Shown: positions 12,461 through 25,409 of the stretch, one piece after another | Position numbering within the stretch: position 1 is the first letter of the stretch | Layout: every line of letters starts with the position of its first letter | Assembly (NCBI RefSeq): GCF_009914755.1 | Contig: NC_060939.1 | Source: the human T2T-CHM13v2.0 reference genome, Homo sapiens | DNA length: 64,000 nucleotides | Direction: 5' to 3' (one strand) | Position numbers and translations under genes: made by a program | The notes under the pieces: model-generated | What the model was told of the DNA's origin: nothing | The model's database searches: none | The model's input: the letters and a program-made list of their open reading frames with translations, nothing else

Positions 12461-13288
12461 CAGTCATGTGTTACTTAATGACAGGTATATGTTCTGAGAA
12501 ATGGTCATTAGGCGATGTTGTTGTGTGAACATCATAGTGTACTTACACAAACCTAGACAGTATAGTCTACTATATACCTAGGCTGTACAGTATAGCCTAT
12601 TGCTCCTAGGCTACTCACCTGTACAGCAAGTTACTGTACTGAATACTATAGGCAATTGTAACACAATGGGAAGTATTTGTGTATTTAAACACATCTAAAC
12701 ATAGAAAAGATGCACTAAAAATACCGTATAAGAGATCAAACATGGTACACTGGTACAGGGCATTTACCATGAATGGAGCTCGCAGGACTGGAAGTTGCTC
12801 TGTGTGAGTGAGTGAGCGAGCGAGTGGTGAGTGAATGTGAAGGCCTAGGACATACTGTGGACACTACTGTGTGTACACTACTGTGGACTCTATAAACACT
12901 GTACACTTAGGCTACACTAAATTTATAAAAATATGTTTTCTTCAATAGTAAATTAACCTTAGTCGACTATAACTTTTTTACTTCATAAACTTTTAATTTT
13001 TAGCTTTTTGACTCTTTCATAATAACACAGCTTAAAACACCTACACAAAAATATTTCCTTATATATCCTTATTCTATAAGCTGTTTTCTGTTTTTAACAT
13101 TTTTTACCTTATAAAGCTTTTTGTTAAAAATTAAGACACAAACGCACGCATTAGCCTGGGCCTCCACAGGATTAGGATCATCAAGACGTCACGAGGTGAT
13201 AGGAATTTTTAGCTCCATTATCTTAGGGGACCACTGTTGTACGTGAAGTCTGTCATTGACCAAGTTGTCATTATATAGTGCATGACTA
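12461..13288. mobile_element. Tigger3 (Golem)-family non-autonomous element inserted in a MIR
   Basis: TA+CAGTCATGTG left TIR and GTGCATGACTA+TA right TIR; cacaaacctaga...cctaggct internal motifs; MIR-like sequence on both sides. Confidence 0.88.
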
Positions 13289-13671
13289 TACGAAGAATTC
13301 CTGGTACTTGAGGGTGTGCAGAAATGTTAAATTCCATTCTGAAACCATCTCAGCAAACTAACTGAGGATCCTACAGCTGAGGACAGAAATTACCCATTTC
13401 TGGCATCTATTTCTTTCCTTTAAATGAGTCTGTGTTGATGTAAACAAGGATGGGACAGGCCCAGATGGACGTGACAACCTTCTGGTAATCAGAATCTTTT
13501 ATGCCTAACACATCTAATGCCTGGTCCCAGCCAGTGTGTCTCTACAGTGTTTTCGCAGCAAGGAACAAGCATCCTAACAAGGCAGCCTAATCAAAACCAT
13601 GATAATAATTTTATAGGTCACAAAGTGCTTTTATACATACTATTCCATTAAATCTCCAAAACAAGTTGTGA

Positions 13672-14050
13672 CTCATTCATTCATTTATTCAGTCATCAAT
13701 TCAATAAATATGTATTGACCATCTGCTATGTGCCAGGCGCTGTACTAGGCACCAGAGATACATCGATAAACAAAGAGTTCTAGTACCTGCCCTCCAAACT
13801 CTTACAATATAATGTGAGGAAGCATATATTAATTGAATAATCATACAAATAAATGACAAATTAGAACAGTGCTGAGTGCTTTCCAGGCTGAGACGGCAGT
13901 GTGTGCAAAGACTCTGTAGCAGAAAGGAAAGGGATCTTACTCCTAGGGAACAGAAAGAGACCAAAGTGTTAATGGCATAGCTTGAGATGAAAAAAGGAGA
14001 TGCTGGAGATGTGGGTGGGTGTGGGGGAGTCTTTGCAGGGCCAGGGAGAA
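13672..14050 (-). mobile_element. L2 3' end remnant
   Basis: cattcattcatttattc...aaatatgtattgacc...tgtgccaggcgctgtactaggcac, reverse complement of the L2 tail. Confidence 0.8.
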
Positions 14051-14647
14051 ATTTCCTTAGGAACTACGGAGAACTAACATTTGACAGTGGCCAACTTCAG
14101 AGAGCTGAGCTGACAAGGTACCCTAAAGAAGATGCTGGCTATAAACAGGTAGAGGAGAAGCATGCAGGACTGGCAGACTTGGGTTAAATCATCGATGCTT
14201 CCTGAAGGGAACTGTAAAATCCTGAGGGAGTCCTTGTCCTGTTTGTGTCTCCTAAAAGCTCTACAAGGGAGGGAGGTTGGGATTCATAATCCTTATTTCA
14301 AAGGTGACAAGAGCCAACGAGGTTATACGATGTTTAAGGGAAAGAGGTGACTTTAGGGCTCTTCTTTAATAAGAAATTCATGGCTTCAACACTTTGCTTG
14401 ATACCTGTATCTTTTTTTTAGTTCTTTCTCCTAGTTCACAGATACTTACTTTTATTATTGTTGATGGCCTTTGGAAATTGTCCCAGTCCCCAGAACCAAG
14501 CAGTAAACTCAGTGAGTCTGCAACTGTGTGGCGCATCTTGATAAGTGGGGACTCCACAAACTCAAGACTGTGGAAATCTGTCAACATTTTGGCAGATATT
14601 TTAAGGGAGAGTGGGTTGTAAGTCTTGAGGTAGTCATTGGAATAGAC

Positions 14648-14777
14648 AGCGGTTCTTAACCCTGGTTGAACTATGCCTGGGTTCTGCCCAAGACCAACTA
14701 AACCAGAACCTCTGAGTGAGGCCAAGTTTGAAAAGCTCCCGGGAGACTCTGCTGTGCAGCCGAGGGAAGAACCATTG
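14648..14777. mobile_element. MER5-family hAT-Charlie MITE
   Basis: cagcggttcttaacc ... aagctccccgggagactctgctgtgcagcc...agaaccattg. Confidence 0.65.
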
Positions 14778-15959
14778 TGTGGAGAAGCACACCTCCATCC
14801 ATGTTCTCTGTTGTCAGTTATGTGAACTTGGGAAAGTTCTGCCTCAGGACCTCAGTGCTCTGTCTGTACACTTGTGGAGCTGTTCCAGATACTCTCAAAG
14901 ACCCCTGCCAGCTGAGGCCCTGCAGGACTTTGGTTCACTTTAGGAAGCATGGCAGCAGCCACCACGATCCCTATGCTGGCCTGGGGTCTACCGCTGCCTG
15001 CCCTAAGTTCTTCCTCCAATTTGAGGCTATGGCATCATGGAAAAGGCGCTGGGCCTAAAGTCAGTTCCCAGTCCACACATGCAATGTCTTAGCTGATCAA
15101 CATAGGAAATGGCTCTCGAACTTTCTAGACCTTGGTGTGCCTCATCTGTTAGATGGTGCTAATGTTAACCTTTATCATTTGAGAAAGCAGGATGCTGGAC
15201 CAGAGCAACCCCCCAGACCCTTCCACCTCTAACAGCCTGAGAGAGTCCTAGTCTCCACCAAGGAATAACATTTGTAAGAATATAAATACAAACACGCAGA
15301 GCAGGTTCCCTAGGGTGAATGTTCTGTGGGCTCTGAAGCTAATGATCCACTCACAATATATTCATCCTTATCTCCACTATGCTATGCTGACCTGCAGCTT
15401 GACATTCCATTAGCAACACTGCCCAGAGCTCTGAAGCAAACTGGGAAGAACTGGGGCTACAGAATCTATTGTAATCTGCCTACCAGTCTCCAAGGTGCTG
15501 AAAGCTGCAGACGCATGGAAGCAGCATTGTTATTGCTGTTGGGAACACAATGTCACCATCAGCAAAAATGGGATGACGAAAGGGAGATCCCAAATTCGTG
15601 CAATGTGTGGTGTGGCCTGACTGATGGGCATCTGTTACCACTTATGTGCTGTGATCTCCGAAACTCCAGCCCTCTCCTGAGCTTCGTATTCAACTGTCCA
15701 CTATGTTTTTAATGGCATTAATATCTCAGCCCGTTGCCCAAGGCATTACACAGAGGTCACCACAACACATACCTCTCCTTTACCTGGTGCACTGAGAGCT
15801 GTAAAATCTCATGCTGAAATATCTTGCGTATTCCTCCCCTCTTCTCTAAGCCCTTCCTGATCAATTGCACCAGCCTCTTAACTGCCCTTCTTACAAACTT
15901 CACCCCCTTCAATCTATTCTGGCTGAATGACTTAGGACACAGTATAAATGTCACCCTAA

Positions 15960-16278
<319 letters not shown>

Positions 16279-16290
16279 CATGTCTTTTTT

Positions 16291-16515
16291 CATCTGAAGA
16301 GATTGCCCCAGTATTTCTTTCTCACAACCCTACTTAGTTTCTTCATAGCCCTCATTACAGTCTACTATTACCTTCTTCATTTGTTTGTTGGCTTCCCCAC
16401 TGTCTGTCTGTCACCCCACTAGAATATTTTTTGCTCATATGAGGCTCTGATATTTAACACAGTGCCTGGTACATGATAGGCTTTCAATAAATATTTATTG
16501 GGTGAATGAATGAAT
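16291..16515 (+). mobile_element. L2 3' end remnant
   Basis: acagtgcctggtacatgataggctttcaataaatatttattgggtgaatgaatgaat. Confidence 0.8.
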
Positions 16516-17227
16516 ACAAAAATCTCATCAGATAAAGTCCAAGGTCTCATCCTTGCACACCAAGCCCCCCAGCATGTGGCCTGAGCCCACCTCTTTGCTC
16601 TATCCAGGGCACTTGCTCCCCATGCCCAACAATAAGGAGGTTTCACTATTCTCCAAATTGCCATGGCCTTGAATGTTCCTGGGAACTTTTATATGCTGGT
16701 CCTGATGCCTAAAATGGCATTCTCTTTCTTCCAGCAAACTCCTACTCATCTATGAGAAACCAGTTCACATTTCACATCTTTTAAAAAGCTTTCCTCGCCC
16801 CTGCCAATCTCTCTTTGGCACTTCCGTGGCACTCTGAGATACCTCTACTGGATCTTTTTTTGCACTTCATTTTACTCACTTGTTTAAGTGACTGCCTCCC
16901 ACTCTGGACTGCAAGCAATTTATGAGCAAAGATTCTCTCTGTTCATCTTTGTTTTCCCTCAGCACCTAGTACAGTCTCCAGTTCACAGTTAATGAATTTC
17001 TAGGAATTATGCCTGCAATTCCAGAAGCTGTCCCACATACATGTTGATTCCTTTAGAAGTCATAGAGACCTATAACTGGAAGAATTAAAGAGCTGATGCA
17101 CCTGTACATCCTAACCATCCTCACAGGACACACCCAGGCACTCCAGTTATCTATGGACTTTCAATTGTGTCATGGAAAGCAGAAAAATCTATTTTTGGCA
17201 ATATAGTCAGGTAGGATAGAAACAAGG

Positions 17228-17297
17228 AGATAGTCTTCCACTTTATCCTTCTGCTGGAGATAGATAGTCTTCCACTTTATCCTTCTGCTGGAGATAG
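17228..17297. repeat. Perfect 34-bp tandem duplication
   Basis: gatagtcttccactttatccttctgctggagata x2 (17229-17262, 17263-17296). Confidence 0.97.
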
Positions 17298-17502
17298 CCA
17301 TCTGTCATCTAACATTATTGAGTACCTGGTATGTATCAGGCCCTCCCAAAGTCAGATAGAACATGGATAGAACCTGCAGGGGCTCATCGCCCAGTAAGGG
17401 TAAGAAACTCTGCCTAGTTTAACTTAAAACCTAATCATTATTAAATAAATGAAGATTTCACCCAAGTTGGCTTTCCTGAAGGCCAATCAAGTAGCTCTTC
17501 AT

Positions 17503-17782
17503 GGTTGCACAGGGTGGCTCACACCTGTAATCCCAGCACTTTGAGAGACCAAGGCAGGAAGACTGTGTGAGCCTAGGAGTTCGAGACTAGTCTGGGCAAC
17601 ATAGCAAGACCCCATGTCTACTAAAAATAAAAAGTAAAAAAAAAAAAAAATTTGTCTGGCATGATGGCACATGCCTGTAGTCCCAGCTGTTCAGAGGCTG
17701 AGGCATGAGGATTGTTTGAACCCAGGAGGCGGAGGCTGCAATGAGCTGTGATTCTGCCACTGTACTCCAGTCTGGGTGATAG
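17503..17782 (+). mobile_element. AluJ, lacking 3' end and A-tail
   Basis: gggcaacatagcaagacccc and gaggattgtttgaacccagg J-type motifs; stops at ctgggtgatag. Confidence 0.88.
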
Positions 17783-18327
17783 CAGATGGCACTGTGATCT
17801 GGAGCACCTGACCCACACCGACAAAGAGGCACGAGGGAAGGTTCCCACTGTGGCAGAGCTTCCAAAGTCCATGGTGCCAGGCAGCCTAGGACATGTTCAT
17901 AAGCTACAGGGCACCACAAAAATGTGCTGATTTCAGAGCCTTCCCTAAGTTGCCCTTGAATCATCAGAAATATACAAAATAGCCCTTAGAAAAAGATCAC
18001 TTGGATTTCCTGGATGGCTTGTCCCACTGCCCCAGAACACTGGCAGATGTCCTGATTGTTTATGGGCTTCACATTTTTTCTACTTTGGGGAGAAATGCCT
18101 CCAAGTGTGCAGAGCACAGGGGACAGATGGGCTGCCCCTCCAGGCTGCTATGCTCTTGGCTGCCAACTGGAAGAGATAAGCTTCCAGTATAGCATCCCCT
18201 ATGCATCTGAAAGATAATGTCCACGCTCTTCACCCGGGGTGGACCTCGGGAAGGCCAGCATCTGCTCACAGTTATTCTCCCCTCCCTCATCTCTGGCTAA
18301 TACAGGGACACGTATCCCCAGGATGAC

Positions 18328-18368
18328 CTAACCTAACTCAGGCTGAGCTAACCTAACTCAGGCTGAGC
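18328..18368. repeat. Perfect 20-bp tandem duplication
   Basis: ctaacctaactcaggctgag x2. Confidence 0.97.
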
Positions 18369-20454
18369 AGGAGTCCTTTTGAGATCTAGAATCTTTTATG
18401 AGCTTTTGGCTTCATCTCCATTTTTGGTTTTAAAACCCAAATTACATCTACTGCGTTCCTCAACAGAAAAGCTCCACTGGCCAGAAGGGAATAATAAATT
18501 TTATAAATTAGCCAATTAATCGCAACAGCAAACAATTAAGCTGGTGGGAATAGTCAGCATTCTACCTTCTTCTTGGAGGAATATTTTAGGATGTCTATAA
18601 TTTCTGTTGTTGATGTTGGTTAAATTTCTATCAGACTTTAGAGATTGGCATTAACTGGGCTAATTCATAATGAAATAAAGATGATTTGAGATACACCTCT
18701 CTGAAAGTATGTACCAGTGGAGTTTCTCAAGTTTGTTTCATTCAGCTTGTGAAATGGTTTTCTGAAGGAGACAGACAACTTTGATTGACCACTCCTGGGG
18801 CACAGTCACGGCACCTGTTACTCAAGGAACACACTTATGAGCACAAGACAAGACACTTTATCGGTGCTGTCTCATTTGGTTTCATGAACCTTCACGGCCC
18901 AAGACTCAGAGGGTCTGTGGCCTGCCCATTCTACTTCTCAGGGTCTCACTCAACCTCACCCTCTGCTAACGTTTTAAGAAGTGGAACTTGGAGACTTGCT
19001 CACATTTTTCTGGTCATCAAATGCCTATAATTCCTAAATTTCTTTTCACTGCTCTGGAGAGGAAAATGAGACCCTGAATAGTGATGATAGACATAATAAG
19101 CTACCATTTCTGAAGGGTTTATATGTGCCAGGGGTTCTACTCATATTTTCAGTCATCATCACAAATCTTCTATATTATAGATCACAATACCCATTTTATA
19201 ATTACAAAGCAAAGGTTCAAAAAGGTTATGCACTTGGCCAGAGCTGCAGAGTGGATTTGAAATCAAGTTGATCTGCTCTGAGGTCTATATTTTTTTAGCT
19301 CTTCCATGGGCCAAGAAATGGGGTATTGGACACTCAGGAATACATGCTATGTGAAACAGGCCAGACCAAGTGGTTCACGACCTAGGCTGTTGAATAGAGG
19401 ACCCAGAGTCCAGACATTGACCAAGCAGGTCAGGGTCAAAGGGCCAGTTTACTCTCTTGTAAGAGGCACACAGAGCCAGTGACAATTACTTCAGTCAGTA
19501 GAAAATCACCAGCATTTTTATCACAGTATCACTGTGACAAGGTGGGGTGAGGGCAATGGGCTGCTATACCCATATGCCTAATCATATACCCAATCACATA
19601 CCCATATATCTATACCATATATGCATATATCTATATGCCCATATATCTAAAGTCAGAAATTTAGAGCTGGAAGGATTCTGAGAGACCATTGAAACCAACC
19701 CCTCCTTTTAGAGCTGAGAAAGTGAAAAACAAGAAAGGACAGGTACCTTGCCCAAGTTCCTACAGTCTACTGGTGGTGGAGTCAGGGTTAGGACCCAGGG
19801 ATCCTATATCCTAGACTTAATACATGTGTTATAGCGTTGGACATCTATGAAGCCAGTCAAACATAGCCTCTATTTTTTTTTAAATAAGAGACTATGATTA
19901 ACAGGGAAACACACATAATATACATAATTCCTTGTGACTATGGAAGGGAGCCTACTTTACAATTGAGGGAGTCAAAATTCCAGAGACGGAAAGAATTTCC
20001 CCAGGCCCTATAGATGGCAAATAGAGATAGAACTAAAGTTCAGGTTTCCCAAATCTTAGCCCCCTGCTCCTTCCCCTCCCTCATTCTTTTTCTTAAACCC
20101 ACTCCCCTACTGCCATACATCCAAGTGACCTTGAGCTCAACAAGATACTATGAAAAAATAATCTCACTACGTACCAGCTAATAAGGACCTCTCTAGAAGA
20201 ATAGAAATCTTTAATATATAAAATAATGAATACTTAATGATTACAAATAATGAAATAATACAGTAATTAAATTCAGACCAATACACTTCCTTATTGACAT
20301 ATTAAGTTCAAATATTCGTCAAGTATATCCTAGGCATGCAAATAACAATAACTGTGCTTATAATGGTAATAACAACTTACTGGCCACCATTTTTATACAT
20401 TATCTTATTTGACCCTTAAAACAATTCAGTAAGTAAATATCCTCATCCCTTACG

Positions 20455-21430
20455 CATAAATGCTAGCTTCCTATTTCAATATTCATTCTTCCCTTCCTTT
20501 TAGAAATAGAAACTTAATTTCCAGCAGGATATATTTTTGCCTAGTCAAATGTATTTCAGATACTCTTACACGTAACTGTGGCTTTATAACTAAATGAAGC
20601 AAGATAATCATATGAATCTTCCGTGGAGTTTCTGTGGCTTCAAATAGCTTCATAATCTTCTATGCCTTCTTCCTCATTCCTGCTCCTTAGAACATAACTC
20701 TAATGGCTGGAGCCCTCACTGCCATTTTGAACCATGAGGATAATGACTTTATCCTAGGCATGGTTAACCAGAGAATTTTAAGGATTCAGAGTCCTTGATC
20801 ATTTTGAGGAGCTACTGAACAATTGCTGGACCACCTACCCTGAATATCCTTTTGTGTGTGTGAAAAAAAAAATTAAACTTGTTTAAGCAACATAACCCTA
20901 GGCTTTTTATTAAAACAAAAATCTAATCCTAGCTGATTTAATTCTATTTTGCCAATGAGGATAAGGAAGCTTAAGGAGGTTAAGAAACTTCCTCCACTTC
21001 TATAGAGAAAAATAGCATCTACATAGGATGCTATTTTATGTAACATAAACCTATTTTACTTTGGGGGGGAAATAGGAAGAATACATATCCCAGGTTCACT
21101 TCCTGTTAGATTTGGATCATGTGACTGAGTTCTGGCCAGTGGAATGTGAGTGGAAGTGATATATATCACTCCCAGGCCAGGTAATAAAATCCCCTGCACT
21201 ATCATCAATGCTTGCTGTTCCTATTTAGTAGTGATCATCTATGCTGAGGATGGAGGTCTCACAAAATAGAAGGACCTTGAGTTTTGCATGGCTTTGGGGA
21301 GCAGAAACTCCCACCATGCCCTACAGACCCATGTTTAACTGTAACATAATAGGGAAATAAACGTTAGAGTATTAAGGTACTGAGATGGTGGGGTTGTTAC
21401 AGCAGCTGGTGTTGACTACCCTGACTAATT
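20455..21430 (+). mobile_element. Two old MaLR LTR remnants (MLT1J-like), about 20455-20940 and 21010-21430
   Basis: gccattttgaaccatgagg; gttagatttggatcatgtgactgagttctggccagtggaatgtgagtggaagtga; ends ctagctgatt / ctgactaatt. Confidence 0.55.
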
Positions 21431-22989
21431 AAACTTCTTTCAACTAGTAAGTAGAGAAGCTGAAATTTGATGGCTGCAATCGACTCCAAAACGTATGCTT
21501 GGGTCTCTGCCCTGGAAAAGTTCATGGCAGGTCATGAGAAGATGAATGGGTACATTGTTAGGTTCAACGGAGTTTTAGGGTTGTATAACAGAAGTTTGCA
21601 GAGTATACAACATGGTGCCGAGAAGGTAACGGTCAATTTTGAAGGTCTGAGAAAGCATTGGTCAGGAGTAGGGAAAGGAGACATTATACTAGTTATTTTT
21701 AGTATATAAAGAAGCTTAGGGTAAAACTTCTGTCCTCCATTACCTTATAACCAGGCTACGACAGCAGAAAAACTACAGAGGAAATAGTGGGAGGCAGTGC
21801 AGTGTGTGATTAAGAGACAGACTAAGTGACACAGATACTGAGAGCTTTTCAAGAGCTGAGCAGATAAGTGGAGTGAAATATGGAGTGGGCAGGGAAGACT
21901 TCAAGGAAGAGTCTGACTCCAAACTAGACCTGGAATGACAGATGGGATTTGGGTTGGCGGAAGAAAGATACAGGAAGTATTTCATGGGAAAGAAACAGTA
22001 AGAGAAAAGGCAATGGTGAAATTTCTCATTTAACAAATGCATTAAACCCGTATAAAGTGCCAGGGAGTTTGCCTTAAACTTGAGACAAAGATAAATCTGA
22101 CAAATTTCCTGTCCTCAAGAACTCCAGAGGGAGTGAGAATGTCTCTGGATCAGTAATTACCACAGAATAAAAACTGCTCTCAGAGGTGGTGCAAAGGGCA
22201 GTGGGAACATAAAGGACAGAGGAAGACCAGGAAGGAGTTGGGCAATGATCTGGCCAACAGTACATGGAAGACTTCACGGGGTCCTGAAGCAAGAGTGATA
22301 ATTCTCCAGGCTGGTAAGGTGCAAGCAGGGAAAACCATCCCAAGCACGGGAAACAGCCTCTGCAAAGGGGGCAAGAAAGAGTATGGTGTGTTCACAGATA
22401 GTAATACAAGTCATGAGGCTATAGTAGAGATTTACACTAAGATGGAGTAATGGGAAGGGAGACTGGATAAAGAAGCAGAGGGGATTAGGAAGATTTTTAA
22501 AAATCTAGGCAGAAGAATGTACGTGAAATGGAACAATGGGGAAATGCCCACAGCATAAATAAGTGTTATGTGGAACAGGTACAAATAAGCTATTCCTTTA
22601 GAAATATGCGTGGAATCCAGACCTCACTTTTCTCACATTGGGGCACATGAGAGGAGAAGATACAGATTCAACATGGCTTAAAAATATGGAGGGAAAGTGT
22701 CAGTCAAGTTACAGGGCAGAGTTCCTTCCATCTCAGATCTCAGCCAACCGTGGCAAGGCTCAAACTGGGGAGTGGCAGAAGTAGAGGTGCATAGAGAGAA
22801 GGTGAGAAAAAGATATGGATAGTAAAGAGAATGGTTAGGAGACGTTAATAGTGGAGGTGACTGAAAGTGGAAAACTAAATAAGGCCTTCAGGAACCAGAT
22901 GTTTTCTCCTCCTCTTCTTCTAAAAATATTGAATTCCTTACTCTGCCATCATTTTCCAAGTGTGTTTATGATTTAGCCGTGAACTGTAA

Positions 22990-24040
22990 GTAAAAGATCA
23001 ACAAATTGGAGATGATCAAAATTTAAGAATCTGCTGTTCCAAAAATCACTTTTAGGAAAATGAAAAAAAAAAAAAAAGTAAGCCACAGACTGGGAGGAAA
23101 TATTTGCAATATACAAATCTGACACAGGACTTCTATTTACAATCTATAAAGATGACTCAAAACTCACTAATAAGAAAACAAATTACCCAGTTAAAAAACA
23201 GGCAAAAGATTCGAATGGACACTTCACCACACCAGAGTTATGGATGGCAAATAAGCAAATGAAAAGATGGTAAACATCACTAGTCATTGGCAGTATGCAA
23301 ATTAAAAACCATGACAAGATAGCACTACCTATTACTCTAATGGCCTAATTTTTTCTTTAAAGGACAATACCAAATGCTGGTAAGGATGCAGACCAAATGA
23401 GATTCTCATACATTGCTGGTGGAAATGCAAAGGGGTCACTTTAAAAACCAGTTAGCAGTTTGTATATAGAGTTAAATATACACTTACCATATGACCAGCA
23501 ATTATGCTCCTAGGTATCTACCTATGAGAAATGAATAGTTATGCCTATATAAAAATCTATGTGCAAATGCATGTAACAAGTTTAGTCATAATCACCAAAA
23601 ACTGGAAGCAAACTAAGTGTCCTTCAACTGGTGAATGGAAAAACCAATTGTGGAACATCCATACCATAAAATACTACTCAGCAATAAAAAGGAACAAACT
23701 ACTGATACATGCAACAACATAAATATCAGCATTTTTCTAAGTAAAGGAAGCCAGACTCAAAGGTCTAGATACCATGTGCTTCCGTTTACATGACATTCTG
23801 GAAATGGCAAAACTATTGGAAGAAGAATAGATTGGTGATGGCCAGGGGCTGAGACTGTGGGAGGAGATTGACTACAAAGAGGTAAAAGAGAACTTTTTGG
23901 AGTGGTAGAAATATTCTAGACCATGATGGCAGTAGTAATAGCATGGCTGTTTACATTGTCAAAAGTCATAAAATTGTTCACCTAATAAAAAAAATTCATG
24001 CTATGTAAGTCACACCTCAGTGACTGTTACTGAAAAATAA
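22990..24040 (+). mobile_element. Old L1M (L1MC/MD-like) ORF2 C-terminus and 3' UTR
   Basis: ORF 23531-23722 NWKQTKCPSTGEWKNQLWNIHTIKYYSAIKRN; gccacagactgggagg...atttgcaa; L1M-type 3' UTR. Confidence 0.85.
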
Positions 24041-25409
24041 GAAACAAACAAACAGAAAACACCAGTGCAGAGAGGCACAGTCTCTTGAAAGGTGGCTATG
24101 GAAGGAGCTTCAGCCATGTCTCTGGACATGTGGTTCATGCCTCTTCCTCAGTGGCCATTGGCTGACTCTCCTTAGATGTGGCCTTGAATGAAGTGCAGTA
24201 GAGCTCACAAAACAGGCTTTCCAGACCACTGGGAAACCCAGCAGGGGGCTTCATGGTTAACCTATAGAAGGGATTAGGCATGGCAAACTGATTGGAAGAG
24301 GGGTCTAAGAAATTAATGTTGAAGTTGCATTTCCCAGCAAGCCCATTATTCTTCCTCAGGTTGCAAAACACAGATCAATAACAGCAAAACCTCCAGAAAA
24401 ACCATCATTTACACTCCACATAGGATAAAGAAATGGTCAATAGTCATACTCAATTATATACATTTTTAAAAATTTAGGTGGCCTGGGGAGGGTTAGCCAC
24501 CCCAGGGTTCCCTCACTGAAGTCAGCTTCTACTGCATTCACTTAAAGAAGAAATGAGCTGCTCTTACCTGAAAAAGCAAGGTTCTTAACCTCTAGCTTCC
24601 CTCTTCTTGCCAACTCCTCAAGGAAGAGACTCTCTTGGGGGCAGGGACCTCAGACAGAAACATGTACAGCTCTAGGAACCAGGAGTATTCAAACGCCTTG
24701 GTGCTGACCTGGCCTTTGAAGAGACTCCAAGGGGGGTCGCCTCTAACACAAAGCGCATCACACTGCCAGTGAGATTCTCAGAAAACATTCCCTTTCCTCC
24801 TAAGACATCTGAGGGAAATATTTTACAAATTGAAGTATGTTTTCCCAGAGGGGACCATTTCTTCATCTCATTTGATTATCCATGAGGTTTTAAGCACCAC
24901 AGTTGAAAGGGGTTTCGCTAGAATAAATTTTTGAATCAAATGGCCATGAAATCCCAACGGGCCCCCAACTGCTTCCCTTTGGTAGCACACCATGAGCAAC
25001 TGGAATTAAAATGGAACCAGAGAAGATAATCTATGCAAAGATGAAGCCAGCTGAAAGGTAAAAATAAATGAGAACAAATCAGCCACGCAGTAGAACATTC
25101 ACAGCTCCAGGAAAATATCAATTAAAAGTATTAGCTGCAAATATTTCCTGAGGAACTAACACTAAAATCGCCCACTGTGTCTCTCTTACTATTTACCTAG
25201 GTGTTTTAATTTGCACCTTATGCAAAATGCTTTTCTTCATCGTTTTGGTTTCCCATTTGCTTTATTCCTCGCTAGGCAGAATAATGACTGGATGCTTTAA
25301 AACATATGGCTGTTTTGACAACTTAGAATAAAATAAGTGAGTTACATCTTTATCACTAAGAAACCCTATAATTTGGTAATTTGGCACTTAGCTACTTTCA
25401 GTGAGAAGT

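Noticed and set aside
16958-16979. REST/RE1-like CTCAGCACCtaGTACAG in an L2 tail
   Set aside because: Mismatch in the critical GGACAG half-site and a poor 3' end; common L2 background.
19565-19650. Repeated cccatat units as an array
   Set aside because: Degenerate low-complexity TA-rich repeat; no repeat-spacer structure.
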